Shown piece by piece: positions 56,012 to 64,000 of a stretch of 64,000 bases of DNA. Numbering within the stretch: the first letter of the stretch is position 1; each line of letters starts with the position of its first letter. This stretch comes from Acidobacteriota bacterium. Its GTDB lineage: Bacteria; Acidobacteriota; Thermoanaerobaculia; Multivoradales; UBA5704. Both the position numbers and the translations under genes were made by a program. Location of the stretch: assembly GCA_040349255.1 (NCBI GenBank), contig JBEQUE010000231.1, positions 34,641 to 98,640 of the forward strand, given 5' to 3'. The notes under the pieces were generated by a model that did not search any database, was not told the DNA's origin, and saw only the letters and a program-made list of their open reading frames with translations.

Positions 56012-56237
56012 CCGGGTGAGAGACGTGATGGCCGCGGTGCTCGACGTCCCGGCCGGCGGGATCGGGAACGGCTTTCGAAAGGACGACGCGCCGGCCTGGG
56101 ACTCGATGAACCACCTGAGGCTGGTCTCGGCGCTCGAAGAGGCCTTCGGGATCAAATTCACGATGAAAGAGGTGGGGGAGATGGAGAGCTTCGACGACGT
56201 CCGCCGCAAGGTCGCGGAGCACCTCCAGGCGGCATGA
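55989..56237 (+). CDS. Acyl carrier protein
   Basis: WDSMNHLRLVSALEEAFGI (phosphopantetheine Ser). Confidence 0.9.
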   Translation: MSWSEVDSRVRDVMAAVLDVPAGGIGNGFRKDDAPAWDSMNHLRLVSALEEAFGIKFTMKEVGEMESFDDVRRKVAEHLQAA

Positions 56238-56764
56238 AGCCGGGGACCCTCCTCCGGCGCTTCCTGACGCCCGGCTTCGTAGTGACCCTCCGGGGTTATT
56301 TGAAGTACGGTTGCCTGATCAGCCCGAAGGCGGAGGTGGAGATCACCGCGCACCTGTCGATCGGCCGCGACACGGTGATCGGCTCCTTCACGAAGATCAA
56401 GGCCACGGACGGGCCGCTGACCATCGGCCGGCACGTGGAGATCGCGACCGGCTGCGTGATCACCTCGCACGCCTCGGGCGTCGCGATCGGGAACGACTGC
56501 CTGATCGGCCCGAACGTCTCGATCCTCGGCAACAACTATCGTTATGACCGCCTGGACATCCCGATCCGCCTCCAGGAGAAGGTCTCGCCGAAGGGCATCC
56601 GGATCGGCGACGACGTCTGGATCGGAGCCGGCTGCGTGCTGCTCGACGGAGCCGACGTCGGCCCGGGCTCGATCCTGACGCCGAATTCCGTGGTCTCGTC
56701 CCGGATCGCGGAGAACTCGATCGTGCAGGGTAATCCGGGCAAGGTGATCTTCACGCGGCGGTAG
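56234..56764 (+). CDS. Hexapeptide-repeat (LbH) acyltransferase
   Basis: IGNDCLIGPNV and IRIGDDVWIGAG motifs. Confidence 0.88.
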   Translation: MKPGTLLRRFLTPGFVVTLRGYLKYGCLISPKAEVEITAHLSIGRDTVIGSFTKIKATDGPLTIGRHVEIATGCVITSHASGVAIGNDCLIGPNVSILGNNYRYDRLDIPIRLQEKVSPKGIRIGDDVWIGAGCVLLDGADVGPGSILTPNSVVSSRIAENSIVQGNPGKVIFTRR

Positions 56765-56775
56765 CCTCGAATTCA

Positions 56776-56804
56776 TTGCAGTAACTTGCCATTTCGGGTA
56801 AGTT
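56776..56804 (+). promoter_or_regulatory. abiE promoter with inverted repeat (candidate AbiEi operator)
   Basis: TTGCAG-N17-TAAGTT; arms AACTTGCC (56783-56790) and GGTAAGTT (56797-56804); 6 nt to the ATG. Confidence 0.6.
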
Positions 56805-56810
56805 GTCGCC

Positions 56811-57452
56811 ATGGTTTTCGGGGAGCTGCTGGAGATCGTCGGGGAAGAGCCGGTCTTCGAGACCGGGCTCCTGCTGGCCGGCGCGGTCGATCCCCAGGAT
56901 GTCCGGCGCCAGCTTTCCCGGTGGACCGGCGCCGGGCGCCTCTACCAGCTCCGCCGCGGCCTCTATGCCCTGGCTCCGCCGTTCCGGAAGGGGAAGCCCC
57001 ACCCCTTCCTGGTGGCGAACCGCCTGGTCCTCGGCTCCTATGTGAGCCTGCAATCGGCCCTGGCCTACTACGGGCTGATTCCGGAGGCCGTGCCGGTGAC
57101 CACCAGCGTCACCCCCGATCGACCGGGTCGGTGGGACACGCCGCTCGGAACCTATGAGTTCCGTCATCTGCAGGCCGACCTCCTGACCGGCTACCGATGG
57201 CTGGAGATGACGGACGGGCAGTTCGCGTACGTGGCGAGCCCCGGGAAGGCCCTGCTCGACCTGATCCATCTGGAGCCGGAGGCGGACTCGTCCCGATACC
57301 TGGAAGGGCTGCGCCTTCAGCACCTGGAGATGCTCGACAGGGACGAGCTTCGGCACATGGCCGCGCTCGCGGGGAAGCCCAAGCTGAAACGGGCCGCAGA
57401 GCGGATCGTCGAGCTCGCGGAGCGGGAGTCCGAGGAGTACGAGACCCTGTGA
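56811..57452 (+). CDS. AbiEi-like type IV antitoxin / regulator
   Basis: wHTH-like LYQLRRGLY; SYVSLQSALAYYGLIPE; ASPGKALLD. Confidence 0.85.
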   Translation: MVFGELLEIVGEEPVFETGLLLAGAVDPQDVRRQLSRWTGAGRLYQLRRGLYALAPPFRKGKPHPFLVANRLVLGSYVSLQSALAYYGLIPEAVPVTTSVTPDRPGRWDTPLGTYEFRHLQADLLTGYRWLEMTDGQFAYVASPGKALLDLIHLEPEADSSRYLEGLRLQHLEMLDRDELRHMAALAGKPKLKRAAERIVELAERESEEYETL

Positions 57453-58255
57453 AGGAGAGATTGAAGGAACTCGTCCGCGCCAGCCCGGATGCGACGGAAG
57501 CCCGCAACCGGATCCGCGAATATCTCCAGGCGGAGATCCTGGCCTCGCTCCAACGCTCGGGCGCGATGGTTCCGCTCGCCTTCCAGGGCGGGACGGCCTT
57601 GCGCTTCCTGTATTCGATCCGGCGGTTCTCCGAGGATCTCGACTTTGCCCTGGAGAGGCCCGAGGGCGGATACGACTTCCGGAAACTCGTGAAGGCCGCT
57701 CAAGCCGACCTGGCCCGGAAGGGGCACGCAGTCGAGGCGCGGGTCGGCGATCAGAGGACCGTCCACAACGCGTTTCTACGGTTCCCGGGCCTCCTGTCCG
57801 AGCTGGGCCTGTCGCCGCACGCCAACGAGATCTTCTCGATCAAGCTGGAGGTGGACACCCGTCCGCCTGCCGGAGCGGGCCTCCTGACGACGCTCGTCCG
57901 CAGACATCAGACCCTGCGTCTTCAACACCACGATCCGGCTTCCCTGCTGGCGGGAAAGCTCCACGCCATCCTGCAGCGCCCCTATCCGAAAGGGAGGGAC
58001 ATCTACGACCTGATCTGGTACCTGAGCGATCCGGGCTGGCCCTCGCCGAACCTCATCCTGCTCAACAACGCCCTGGCGCAGACCGGCTGGAACCGCGGGA
58101 TTCTTGCCCCGGACGACTGGCGAAGCGCGGTGAGCGATCGTCTCAAGGACCTGGACTGGCCGAGGATCGTGGCCGACGTCCGGCCTTTTCTGGAATCTCC
58201 CGCCGATACTGCTCTTTTGAGTCGCGAAAGCCTCGACCTTCTGCTGAAGCGCTGA
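57449..58255 (+). CDS. AbiEii/AbiGii nucleotidyltransferase toxin
   Basis: FQGGTALR...RRFSEDLDF, KLHA and GRDIYD motifs; GTG start overlaps the upstream TGA. Confidence 0.9.
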   Translation: MKERLKELVRASPDATEARNRIREYLQAEILASLQRSGAMVPLAFQGGTALRFLYSIRRFSEDLDFALERPEGGYDFRKLVKAAQADLARKGHAVEARVGDQRTVHNAFLRFPGLLSELGLSPHANEIFSIKLEVDTRPPAGAGLLTTLVRRHQTLRLQHHDPASLLAGKLHAILQRPYPKGRDIYDLIWYLSDPGWPSPNLILLNNALAQTGWNRGILAPDDWRSAVSDRLKDLDWPRIVADVRPFLESPADTALLSRESLDLLLKR

Positions 58256-58316
58256 GCCTCGCGCACATCCAGGCACAAGGCAGGTCTCCCGTTCCGGGCC
58301 ATGCGATAATCCGCCG

Positions 58317-58817
58317 ATGGCTCTGGCTGGCTCCACGACGCAGACCCGCGAGCAGGTCTTCCCCGTGCTTCTTCGCGCCTGTGAAGAGGTCTACGGCGGG
58401 CGGCTGATCGCGGTGGTGATCTTCGGCTCGAGCGGCCGCGGAACGGCCAGGCCCGATTCCGACGTCGACCTTCTCCTCATCGCCAGCTCTCTGCCCCACG
58501 GACGCATGCACCGGGTCGAGGAGTTCGAGGAGGTCGAGAGGCGCCTTGGCGAGCTTCTACCGCCGGAGCTTGGATCCGTTCCTCCTCTTTCACCCGTCCT
58601 TAAGACGCCTGAGGAGGTCGGCCATGGTAGCCCCCTCTTCCTGGATATGACCGAAGATGCCCGGATTCTTTTCGATCGGGAGTGTTTCTTCTCCCGGGAG
58701 CTCGACAGGCTCCGGACGCGCCTTGCGGAGCTCGGCGCTCGACGGATCTGGCTCGGCAACGCCTGGTATTGGGACCTCAAGCCCGACTACCGTCCCGGCG
58801 AGGTCTTCGAGCTGTGA
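58317..58817 (+). CDS. Minimal nucleotidyltransferase (MNT)
   Basis: FGSSGRGTARPDSDVDL. Confidence 0.88.
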   Translation: MALAGSTTQTREQVFPVLLRACEEVYGGRLIAVVIFGSSGRGTARPDSDVDLLLIASSLPHGRMHRVEEFEEVERRLGELLPPELGSVPPLSPVLKTPEEVGHGSPLFLDMTEDARILFDRECFFSRELDRLRTRLAELGARRIWLGNAWYWDLKPDYRPGEVFEL

Positions 58818-59236
58818 CCAACCTCTCGCTGGCGCAGAGCTATCTTCTCAAGGCGAGATCACGCCTGAAGATTCTCCAGGTTCTGCTCGACGAAGAAGCG
58901 TTCTCCGATGTAGTCCGGGAGGCCCAGGAGATCGTAGAGCTTTCTCTCAAGGGCATGCTGCGGCAGGTGGGAGTCGAACCTCCCAAGTGGCATGACGTAG
59001 GCGGCTTTCTGTTGGAGTTCGATGACCGCTTCCCGGCCGTGACACGAGACCGGCTGGAGCAACTGGCCCAGATCTCCGCCCGTCTGCGCAAGGAGCGCGA
59101 GTTCTCGTTCTATGGCGATATCGACTTCATCCCGACTGAGCAATATTCGCGCGAGGACGCTCATCGGGCGATTGCCGAGGCTCAGATGACCGTTGAGGCG
59201 GCCGCCGGGATCATCCCTGCGCTCTCAGCCGAGTAG
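58814..59236 (+). CDS. HEPN-domain protein
   Basis: AQEIVELSLKG, PPKWHDV and REFSFYGD; coupled to the MNT gene. Confidence 0.85.
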   Translation: MTNLSLAQSYLLKARSRLKILQVLLDEEAFSDVVREAQEIVELSLKGMLRQVGVEPPKWHDVGGFLLEFDDRFPAVTRDRLEQLAQISARLRKEREFSFYGDIDFIPTEQYSREDAHRAIAEAQMTVEAAAGIIPALSAE

Positions 59237-59280
59237 GGACTGGAGCAGATCAGCGTCTCGTGCGACGGATCGGACAGGGA

Positions 59281-59746
59281 TCGTCGCGATCCCCGTTGCT
59301 TGCGTCGCGAACAGAGCTCGCTTCGCGACTTGTCCAGGATGATCCGTCGCGAAGATGGTCCATTCGGGGTCCATCTCCAGAGGGAAGCTCTCCCCCTCGA
59401 TTGAAACGTCGCGATCTCGCGCTTTCCTGGCTTCGCCAGGGATATTGCGTCGCGAAGTTGTCTTGTAGCGTCGCGAAGTGGCGCTTTGTCGTCGCGAAGT
59501 CTGGATAGGTCGTCGCGATCTTGGCTTGATCCGTTGCGATCTGTTGACGCTTCGCGACGAATAGATTTGAGTTGTCGAGATTTATGGGTATCATGTCGAC
59601 GAACGAGCAGGGATCGCGACGTTCCCTGTCGGATGGATCTGTATGGTGGCGTTTGGCGTCGCGAATCAGAGTGGATTCAAGACGGAATCGGATTCGACTG
59701 GAGTAAGATAGTCGCGAAGCGTCGCGAAGTAGGGTGGGTTCGCGAC
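59281..59746. repeat. Array of 15 TCGCGA palindromes, partly at 21-bp spacing
   Basis: Exact TCGCGA at 59284, 59305, 59323, 59347, 59409, 59450, 59471, 59492, 59513, 59552, 59614, 59659, 59712, 59722 and 59740; variant TTGCGA at 59534. Confidence 0.9.
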
Positions 59747-59760
59747 GGAGGAGGGATCCA

Positions 59761-60249
59761 TTGAGCGCGAAGCTTTCGGTCGAAGAGATCCTGACGCACC
59801 TGGAGAGGCAGATGGCCTTCCACAAGCAGAAGGAAGAGCACCACGCCGCGCAGGAGGTGTTCCATCGCGAGCAGAAGGCGCTCCATGCGACGGAGCACGA
59901 GGCCATTGTCCGGCATTATGAGGCGTTCAAGGCCACGTCCGGCACGGCGGTCGAGATCGCGGTGCGCACCGGCATGTCCGGGAAGGCGTCGGTCCGGGAC
60001 CTGCCGCCGGGCCAGCCGGTGGTGCGGAGCCGCCTCGTGGCCCTGCTGATCGAGGAGATCCCGGCCGGCCAGCTCTTCCAGGCCTCCACCCTGACGGCCG
60101 AGATGAACCGCCGCTTCCGGGAGGCCCTGCGCAAGCCCGCCGACACCCTCCTCGTCTCCGCCGCCCTCCGGCGCCTGGCCGCCAACGGCGTCATCCGCCT
60201 CGTCGAGAAGGGCAGCGCGCACCGGGAGGCGCGCTACACCAGGGCGTGA
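59761..60249 (+). CDS. Hypothetical protein: His-rich coiled coil plus probable winged-helix C-terminus
   Basis: GGAGGAGG RBS then TTG; high-GC coding style; VSAALRRLAANGVIRLVEKG resembles a wHTH recognition helix and wing. Confidence 0.7.
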   Translation: MSAKLSVEEILTHLERQMAFHKQKEEHHAAQEVFHREQKALHATEHEAIVRHYEAFKATSGTAVEIAVRTGMSGKASVRDLPPGQPVVRSRLVALLIEEIPAGQLFQASTLTAEMNRRFREALRKPADTLLVSAALRRLAANGVIRLVEKGSAHREARYTRA

Positions 60250-60253
60250 CCCG

Positions 60254-61846
60254 CTATCCAGTTGCGTGGATGGGCAGCTTGGCCCGGCGGTTGATCTCCT
60301 CGTCGCTGGGGCTGAGCGCGAGGCTCTGCGGCAGCGGCACGAGGTCGCAGCCGAACCGGTCGCGCCGCAGGTGGGCGTAATCCGCGGCCTTGTCGAGGAG
60401 GACCCGGCCGGTGCCGCCGCTCATCGGGTGCTCGCCCTGCGCCACGGAGGCCCGCTGCAGCGACGCATACCCGATGACCGAGAGCAGCGCGGCGGAGGTG
60501 CGGAAGTCCCAGCGGCCGAAGGTCCAGCGCAGGATCTTTGCGGCCATGTCGCGGCCGGAGTAGAACCCGCGGTAGCAGCGCAGGAGCAGCTCTCTCCACT
60601 GGTCCGGCTCGAGCCGGGGGTGGTTCCAGGTCACGCAGGTGCCGTCGAACCGGTCGAGATTGCGCTCGAAGATCAGGCCCTGCTCCAGGAAATCCTGGTA
60701 CTGGTCGGTGCCGGGGATCGGGGTCAGGATGTAGAACGACGCCACGTCCGGCGCCAGCTCGCGCAGTTGGCGCAGATGATCGAGCACCCCGTCCTCGGTG
60801 TCCTGGGGAAAGCCGAGGATGTTCGAGAAGTGGGTCGTGATGCGGTGCTTCCGGCAGAGCTCGACGATGCGGCCGTAGGTCTCGGGATGGTTCTGGAACT
60901 TGTGCGCGTCGCGCAGCACCTCGCGCCGGAACGACTCGACCCCGACGAACATCTGGAAGCAGCCGGCGCGCGCGAGGAGCTCGACGAGATCCTCCTGGCG
61001 CGCGATCTGGGTGTCGCACTGGACGAACAGCGGCAGCCGGATGCGCTCGTCGATCATGGCTTCGAGGAGCTGGCGTACCTCGGGATACTTGTTGAAGTTG
61101 TCGGCCGTGAACATGATGATGCGCACGCCCGCGGCCTTGGCGGCCTTGAGGCTCGCGATCGTGGTGGCGACCGGCTGGCTCCGCACCTGCCGGCCGGCGA
61201 TCTTGATGACCGAGCAGAAGTTGCAGGTGTAGGGGCAGCCGCGAGCCGGATAGACGCCGAGCATCCGCACGGAGTACCGCCTTAGGTCACGCGCTGACGG
61301 AGGCTTGAGCGGCGGCGGATCGAGATGCGCCTGCCATCGGGCGTCCTGGCCGTAGACCGGCCGGAGCTCGCCCGCGAGCGCATCGCGCAGGATGGCTGGC
61401 CAGACGCTCTCGGCCTCGGACAGCGAGAAGCTCACGCCGCGTCCGTGAAGCTCCGAGGTGTCGCAGGTCATCGGGTGGGGCCCGCCGATCACGGCGTTCT
61501 CGACGCCGCGGGAGCGCGCGAAGGCAGCCAGGTCGAGAGCGCGCTGGAACTGGTGGCTCTGGACCCCGGCGAGCGCGAGGAGCGTGCGGCGGTGCGGATC
61601 GCGGGCGAGGAGGTCCAGATAGTCGAGGTCGGCGTGGACGTACTCGTCCACCGTGACCACCTCGCACCGCGCGCCGTCCACCGTTTCCGGCGTGAGGCTC
61701 GCCAGGTAGGACACCGTGGAGTTCGGCATGAAGCCGCGCCGGAAGCGCTGGACGTGGCCGTCGGCGTCGTACTTGCCCGGCTTGAGGACGACGACGCGCA
61801 GGGAGGAGGATCCCGAGACGGTGAGGCCAGCTCCGGAAGCGTTCAT
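60254..61846 (-). CDS. Radical SAM protein with B12-binding-like N-terminal region
   Basis: RGCPYTCNFC (CxxxCxxC), VIGGPH, FTADNF and FVGVES; AAAGGAGG RBS. Confidence 0.85.
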   Translation of the reverse strand: MNASGAGLTVSGSSSLRVVVLKPGKYDADGHVQRFRRGFMPNSTVSYLASLTPETVDGARCEVVTVDEYVHADLDYLDLLARDPHRRTLLALAGVQSHQFQRALDLAAFARSRGVENAVIGGPHPMTCDTSELHGRGVSFSLSEAESVWPAILRDALAGELRPVYGQDARWQAHLDPPPLKPPSARDLRRYSVRMLGVYPARGCPYTCNFCSVIKIAGRQVRSQPVATTIASLKAAKAAGVRIIMFTADNFNKYPEVRQLLEAMIDERIRLPLFVQCDTQIARQEDLVELLARAGCFQMFVGVESFRREVLRDAHKFQNHPETYGRIVELCRKHRITTHFSNILGFPQDTEDGVLDHLRQLRELAPDVASFYILTPIPGTDQYQDFLEQGLIFERNLDRFDGTCVTWNHPRLEPDQWRELLLRCYRGFYSGRDMAAKILRWTFGRWDFRTSAALLSVIGYASLQRASVAQGEHPMSGGTGRVLLDKAADYAHLRRDRFGCDLVPLPQSLALSPSDEEINRRAKLPIHATG

Positions 61847-61915
61847 CCAGCGCCTCCTTTCTTTTTGCGACTGCTACATCTTACATCACCTCGAGGTCCG
61901 CGGTCCCCTGGCGGG

Positions 61916-62665
61916 CTACGGCGCCGGCTCCAGGCTGATCGTGTAGGAGCCCGACGCGTTGCGGGGACCTTCGACGCGGACGAAGTACCTTCCTGCGGAG
62001 AGGGCCTCCGAGATCGCGAATCCTCCGGCGCCCGGATCGTCCGCGGCGAGGAGCGTTCCCGCCGCGTCGAAGAGCTTTCCGGACAGCGTGACGCCGCCGG
62101 AGCCCTGGATGTCCACGGATCCTCCTGAGGCCAGGGAGAACGCGAAGACGTCCCGGTCGCCGGGGGTCAGCGCGCCCGGCAGGCTTGCGCCGGAGGCGAG
62201 CTCCGTGGCGCAGGCGAAGCTGTCGCCATGGTCGTCGGCGTGCGGACTGAGATGGCAGAGGTCGGTCATCCGAAGATGGACGGTCAAGGAACCGGAGCCT
62301 TCCGACGGAGCCAGGCGCAGGCAATAGACCGCCGACGGGACCACCGGAGTGTGGATCGCGGCTCCGGGCTCGGCAGGAGCGCTGTTCACCATCTGAAGTC
62401 CCGAGTTGCCCGCGGTCTGGAGCGAGACCTCGGCTTCCATGCCCTCGACGTCGAGGGTGAGCAGTCCGGCCCGCTGGGCGCGGATCTTGAGGATGTCGCT
62501 GTCCCATTCGGGGACCGTGCCCGAGGCCGTCACCGAGGAGGAGGGCGACAGCTCGAGCACATCATCGGGCGACTGAAGAGCTGTCTCACAGGGATCCTGC
62601 GCGTAGATCGAAGAGGAGGTGAGCAGTCCTGCAACCAGAGCGATGGACAGGCGCTTCGTGGGCAT
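61916..62665 (-). CDS. Secreted protein with two PPC (pre-peptidase C-terminal)-like domains and no catalytic domain
   Basis: Signal peptide; DDHGDSFACAT.L, GDRDVFAF and GRYFVRV...GSYTISL. Confidence 0.65.
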   Translation of the reverse strand: MPTKRLSIALVAGLLTSSSIYAQDPCETALQSPDDVLELSPSSSVTASGTVPEWDSDILKIRAQRAGLLTLDVEGMEAEVSLQTAGNSGLQMVNSAPAEPGAAIHTPVVPSAVYCLRLAPSEGSGSLTVHLRMTDLCHLSPHADDHGDSFACATELASGASLPGALTPGDRDVFAFSLASGGSVDIQGSGGVTLSGKLFDAAGTLLAADDPGAGGFAISEALSAGRYFVRVEGPRNASGSYTISLEPAP

Positions 62666-62868
62666 GGGACCTCCCTTGCGGACCTTCCAGGGACCGCGGT
62701 CAGTTGGTTTGGGGTTGCTTTCGGACCTGAGAAGACACGCCAGGTGCGAAAGTGTTTAGACCGCGGCGTCTCCTGGAGGTGGATCGCGGAAAGGATGGTC
62801 CTTTTGGACCGCGGCTCTCGCGTTCTCTCGTAGGGGCAGTGCCTGCTCCCTGTTGAGAGAGGTGACAA

Positions 62869-63879
62869 ATGCGCGTCGTGAAGGATCAGAGCGAAGGGCC
62901 GGAGGAGATGTCCTGGGCGTTCAAGGGATCTTCAGAGATGGTCAGGAATCTCCTCAAGGAGGCGTTCCAGGCGGCCAAGGGCGGAGACAAGCCCATCCTG
63001 ATCACCGGGCCGGTGGGATCGGGCAAGAGCCATCTCGCCCGCTACATCCACCATCACTCGCCGCGGTCCCAGGGTCCTCTGGTGTTCGTGGATTGCGGCG
63101 GCCTGCCGGACCTGGACAACACCCTTTTCGGCCATCGGGCCGGATCGTTTACCGGAGCCGTCCGCGACCTCGGAGGGCGTCTGAAGGCGGCGGACACCGG
63201 CGTCCTCGTGCTCGACGACTTCGATCGCCTCAATCTTCATCACCAGGGCCAGTTGCACCGGGTCCTGGTGGATGGCGGGTACTATCAGGTCGGCGCGGAC
63301 CGCGAGTCCCGGGTCAGCGTGCGATTCATCGCCACCACGAACCGGGATCCGAAAAGGGAGATCGAAGCGGGACGCCTCAAGGAGGACTTCGTCTCCCGCC
63401 TGAGCTATTTCGAGCTGCACGTCCCGTCCCTCCACCATCGCCCCGGCGACCTTCCCGAGCTTTGCGAGGAGCTGCTGCAACGCAACCTCGAAGATCTCCG
63501 CGCCAAGGGATTCCGGAGCGATGCGCCGCTCGTCTTCGACGAGGACTGCTGGCCCGCTCTTCAGGCGCGGACCTTCGACGACAACGTGCGCGGCCTCGAC
63601 AAGCTGATCGTGCGTCTGATCGCGCATGTCGACGAGCGGCCGGTGATCACGCCGGAGGACATCGAGGCGGTCTCGCCGGCCGTCCGCCAATCCCAGGGAT
63701 ACTGGTTCGATCAACCGGCGCCGCTGCGCCTGGTGAGGGAGGAAGCGGAGAAGCGCTACATCCTGGATGTCTGCCGCCTGACGGACTGGAACCTCCGCCG
63801 GGCGTCCCGGATCCTGGGGATCAGCCCGAAGTCTCTCTATCAGAAGCTGCGGCAGTACGGGATCGCCCGCCCGGTCTGA
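62869..63879 (+). CDS. Divergent sigma54-interaction (bEBP-like) AAA+ protein with Fis-type HTH and no sensory domain
   Basis: ITGPVGSGKS, LFGHRAGSFTGA, IATTNRD and C-terminal ASRILGISPKSLYQKL. Confidence 0.85.
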   Translation: MRVVKDQSEGPEEMSWAFKGSSEMVRNLLKEAFQAAKGGDKPILITGPVGSGKSHLARYIHHHSPRSQGPLVFVDCGGLPDLDNTLFGHRAGSFTGAVRDLGGRLKAADTGVLVLDDFDRLNLHHQGQLHRVLVDGGYYQVGADRESRVSVRFIATTNRDPKREIEAGRLKEDFVSRLSYFELHVPSLHHRPGDLPELCEELLQRNLEDLRAKGFRSDAPLVFDEDCWPALQARTFDDNVRGLDKLIVRLIAHVDERPVITPEDIEAVSPAVRQSQGYWFDQPAPLRLVREEAEKRYILDVCRLTDWNLRRASRILGISPKSLYQKLRQYGIARPV

Positions 63880-63880
63880 A

Positions 63881-63927
63881 GCGTTACCCGGAGGAAACAC
63901 CCGGCGCGCGGAGGTAACGCGCGCCGG
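63881..63927. other. Overlapping inverted repeats downstream of the activator gene
   Basis: GCGTTACC-N24-GGTAACGC and CCGGCGCGC-N9-GCGCGCCGG. Confidence 0.4.
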
Positions 63928-64000
63928 CCCGCCCGGCGCTCTTCCCGTTTCATCCAAGTGCAGGAAAAACAAAGGTTTGGCGCTCCCGGCGCGGCCCGGC

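Noticed and set aside
54110-56237. PKS/NRPS cluster suggested by FkbH and ACP
   Set aside because: No ketosynthase, adenylation or condensation domains in the window.
59567-59576. 10-mer TTGAGTTGTC shared with the boxA-like element at 11044-11053
   Set aside because: A single 10-bp match in 64 kb is compatible with chance, and the flanks do not match boxA.
59281-59746. CRISPR array
   Set aside because: Only a 6-10 bp core is conserved and spacing is 21 bp or irregular; too short for repeat-spacer units.
59250-59906. 218-aa minus-strand ORF with (I/F)AT heptads as a real gene
   Set aside because: It overlaps the better-supported plus-strand gene, has no RBS, and its periodicity follows from the DNA array. 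Not fully excluded for a shorter start near 59594.
62666-62868. Sigma54 promoter for the PPC-domain gene
   Set aside because: The best minus-strand candidate TGGCGTGTCTTCTCA lacks the -12 GC.

Overview
GC-rich Gram-negative bacterial chromosome segment. Gene content and style suggest Acidobacteriota, possibly Thermoanaerobaculia-like; this is an inference, not a database result. Order along the window: ymdB-like fragment, M1 peptidase and a PIN toxin-antitoxin (TA) pair; a lipid A remodelling cluster (GT2, LAB_N, two ArnT-like transferases, PagL-like deacylase); an accessory patch at 8.8-12.1 kb; a housekeeping block (Trm112, O-antigen-ligase-like, tlyA, nadK, tamB-tamA, ribBA); stress genes with BrnTA; a ~26 kb Wzy-type exopolysaccharide locus (30.5-56.8 kb); AbiE and MNT-HEPN TA pairs; a TCGCGA array in front of a His-rich putative DNA-binding gene; a radical SAM enzyme; and a secreted PPC-domain protein divergent from a degenerate sigma54-activator-like gene. 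The 8.8-12.1 kb patch holds decayed TA modules, an Rpn-like PD-(D/E)XK gene, a ~245-nt multi-hairpin candidate ncRNA preceded by a boxA-like element, a small orphan gene with its own promoter and boxA, and a 21-bp-period array. The EPS locus resembles PEP-CTERM/exosortase-associated clusters. It carries three AsnB amidotransferases, a fused double GT4, an active/inactive GT2 pair, an FkbH-ACP-acyltransferase module and four sigma54-type promoters. The best candidates for undescribed systems are the boxA/ncRNA/small-gene/repeat cassette (10.8-12.1 kb) and the TCGCGA array plus adjacent gene (59.3-60.2 kb). At least seven genes look leaderless. No rRNA, tRNA, CRISPR array, integrase or intact IS was recognised. 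All family calls come from motif recognition by eye; no searches were run.
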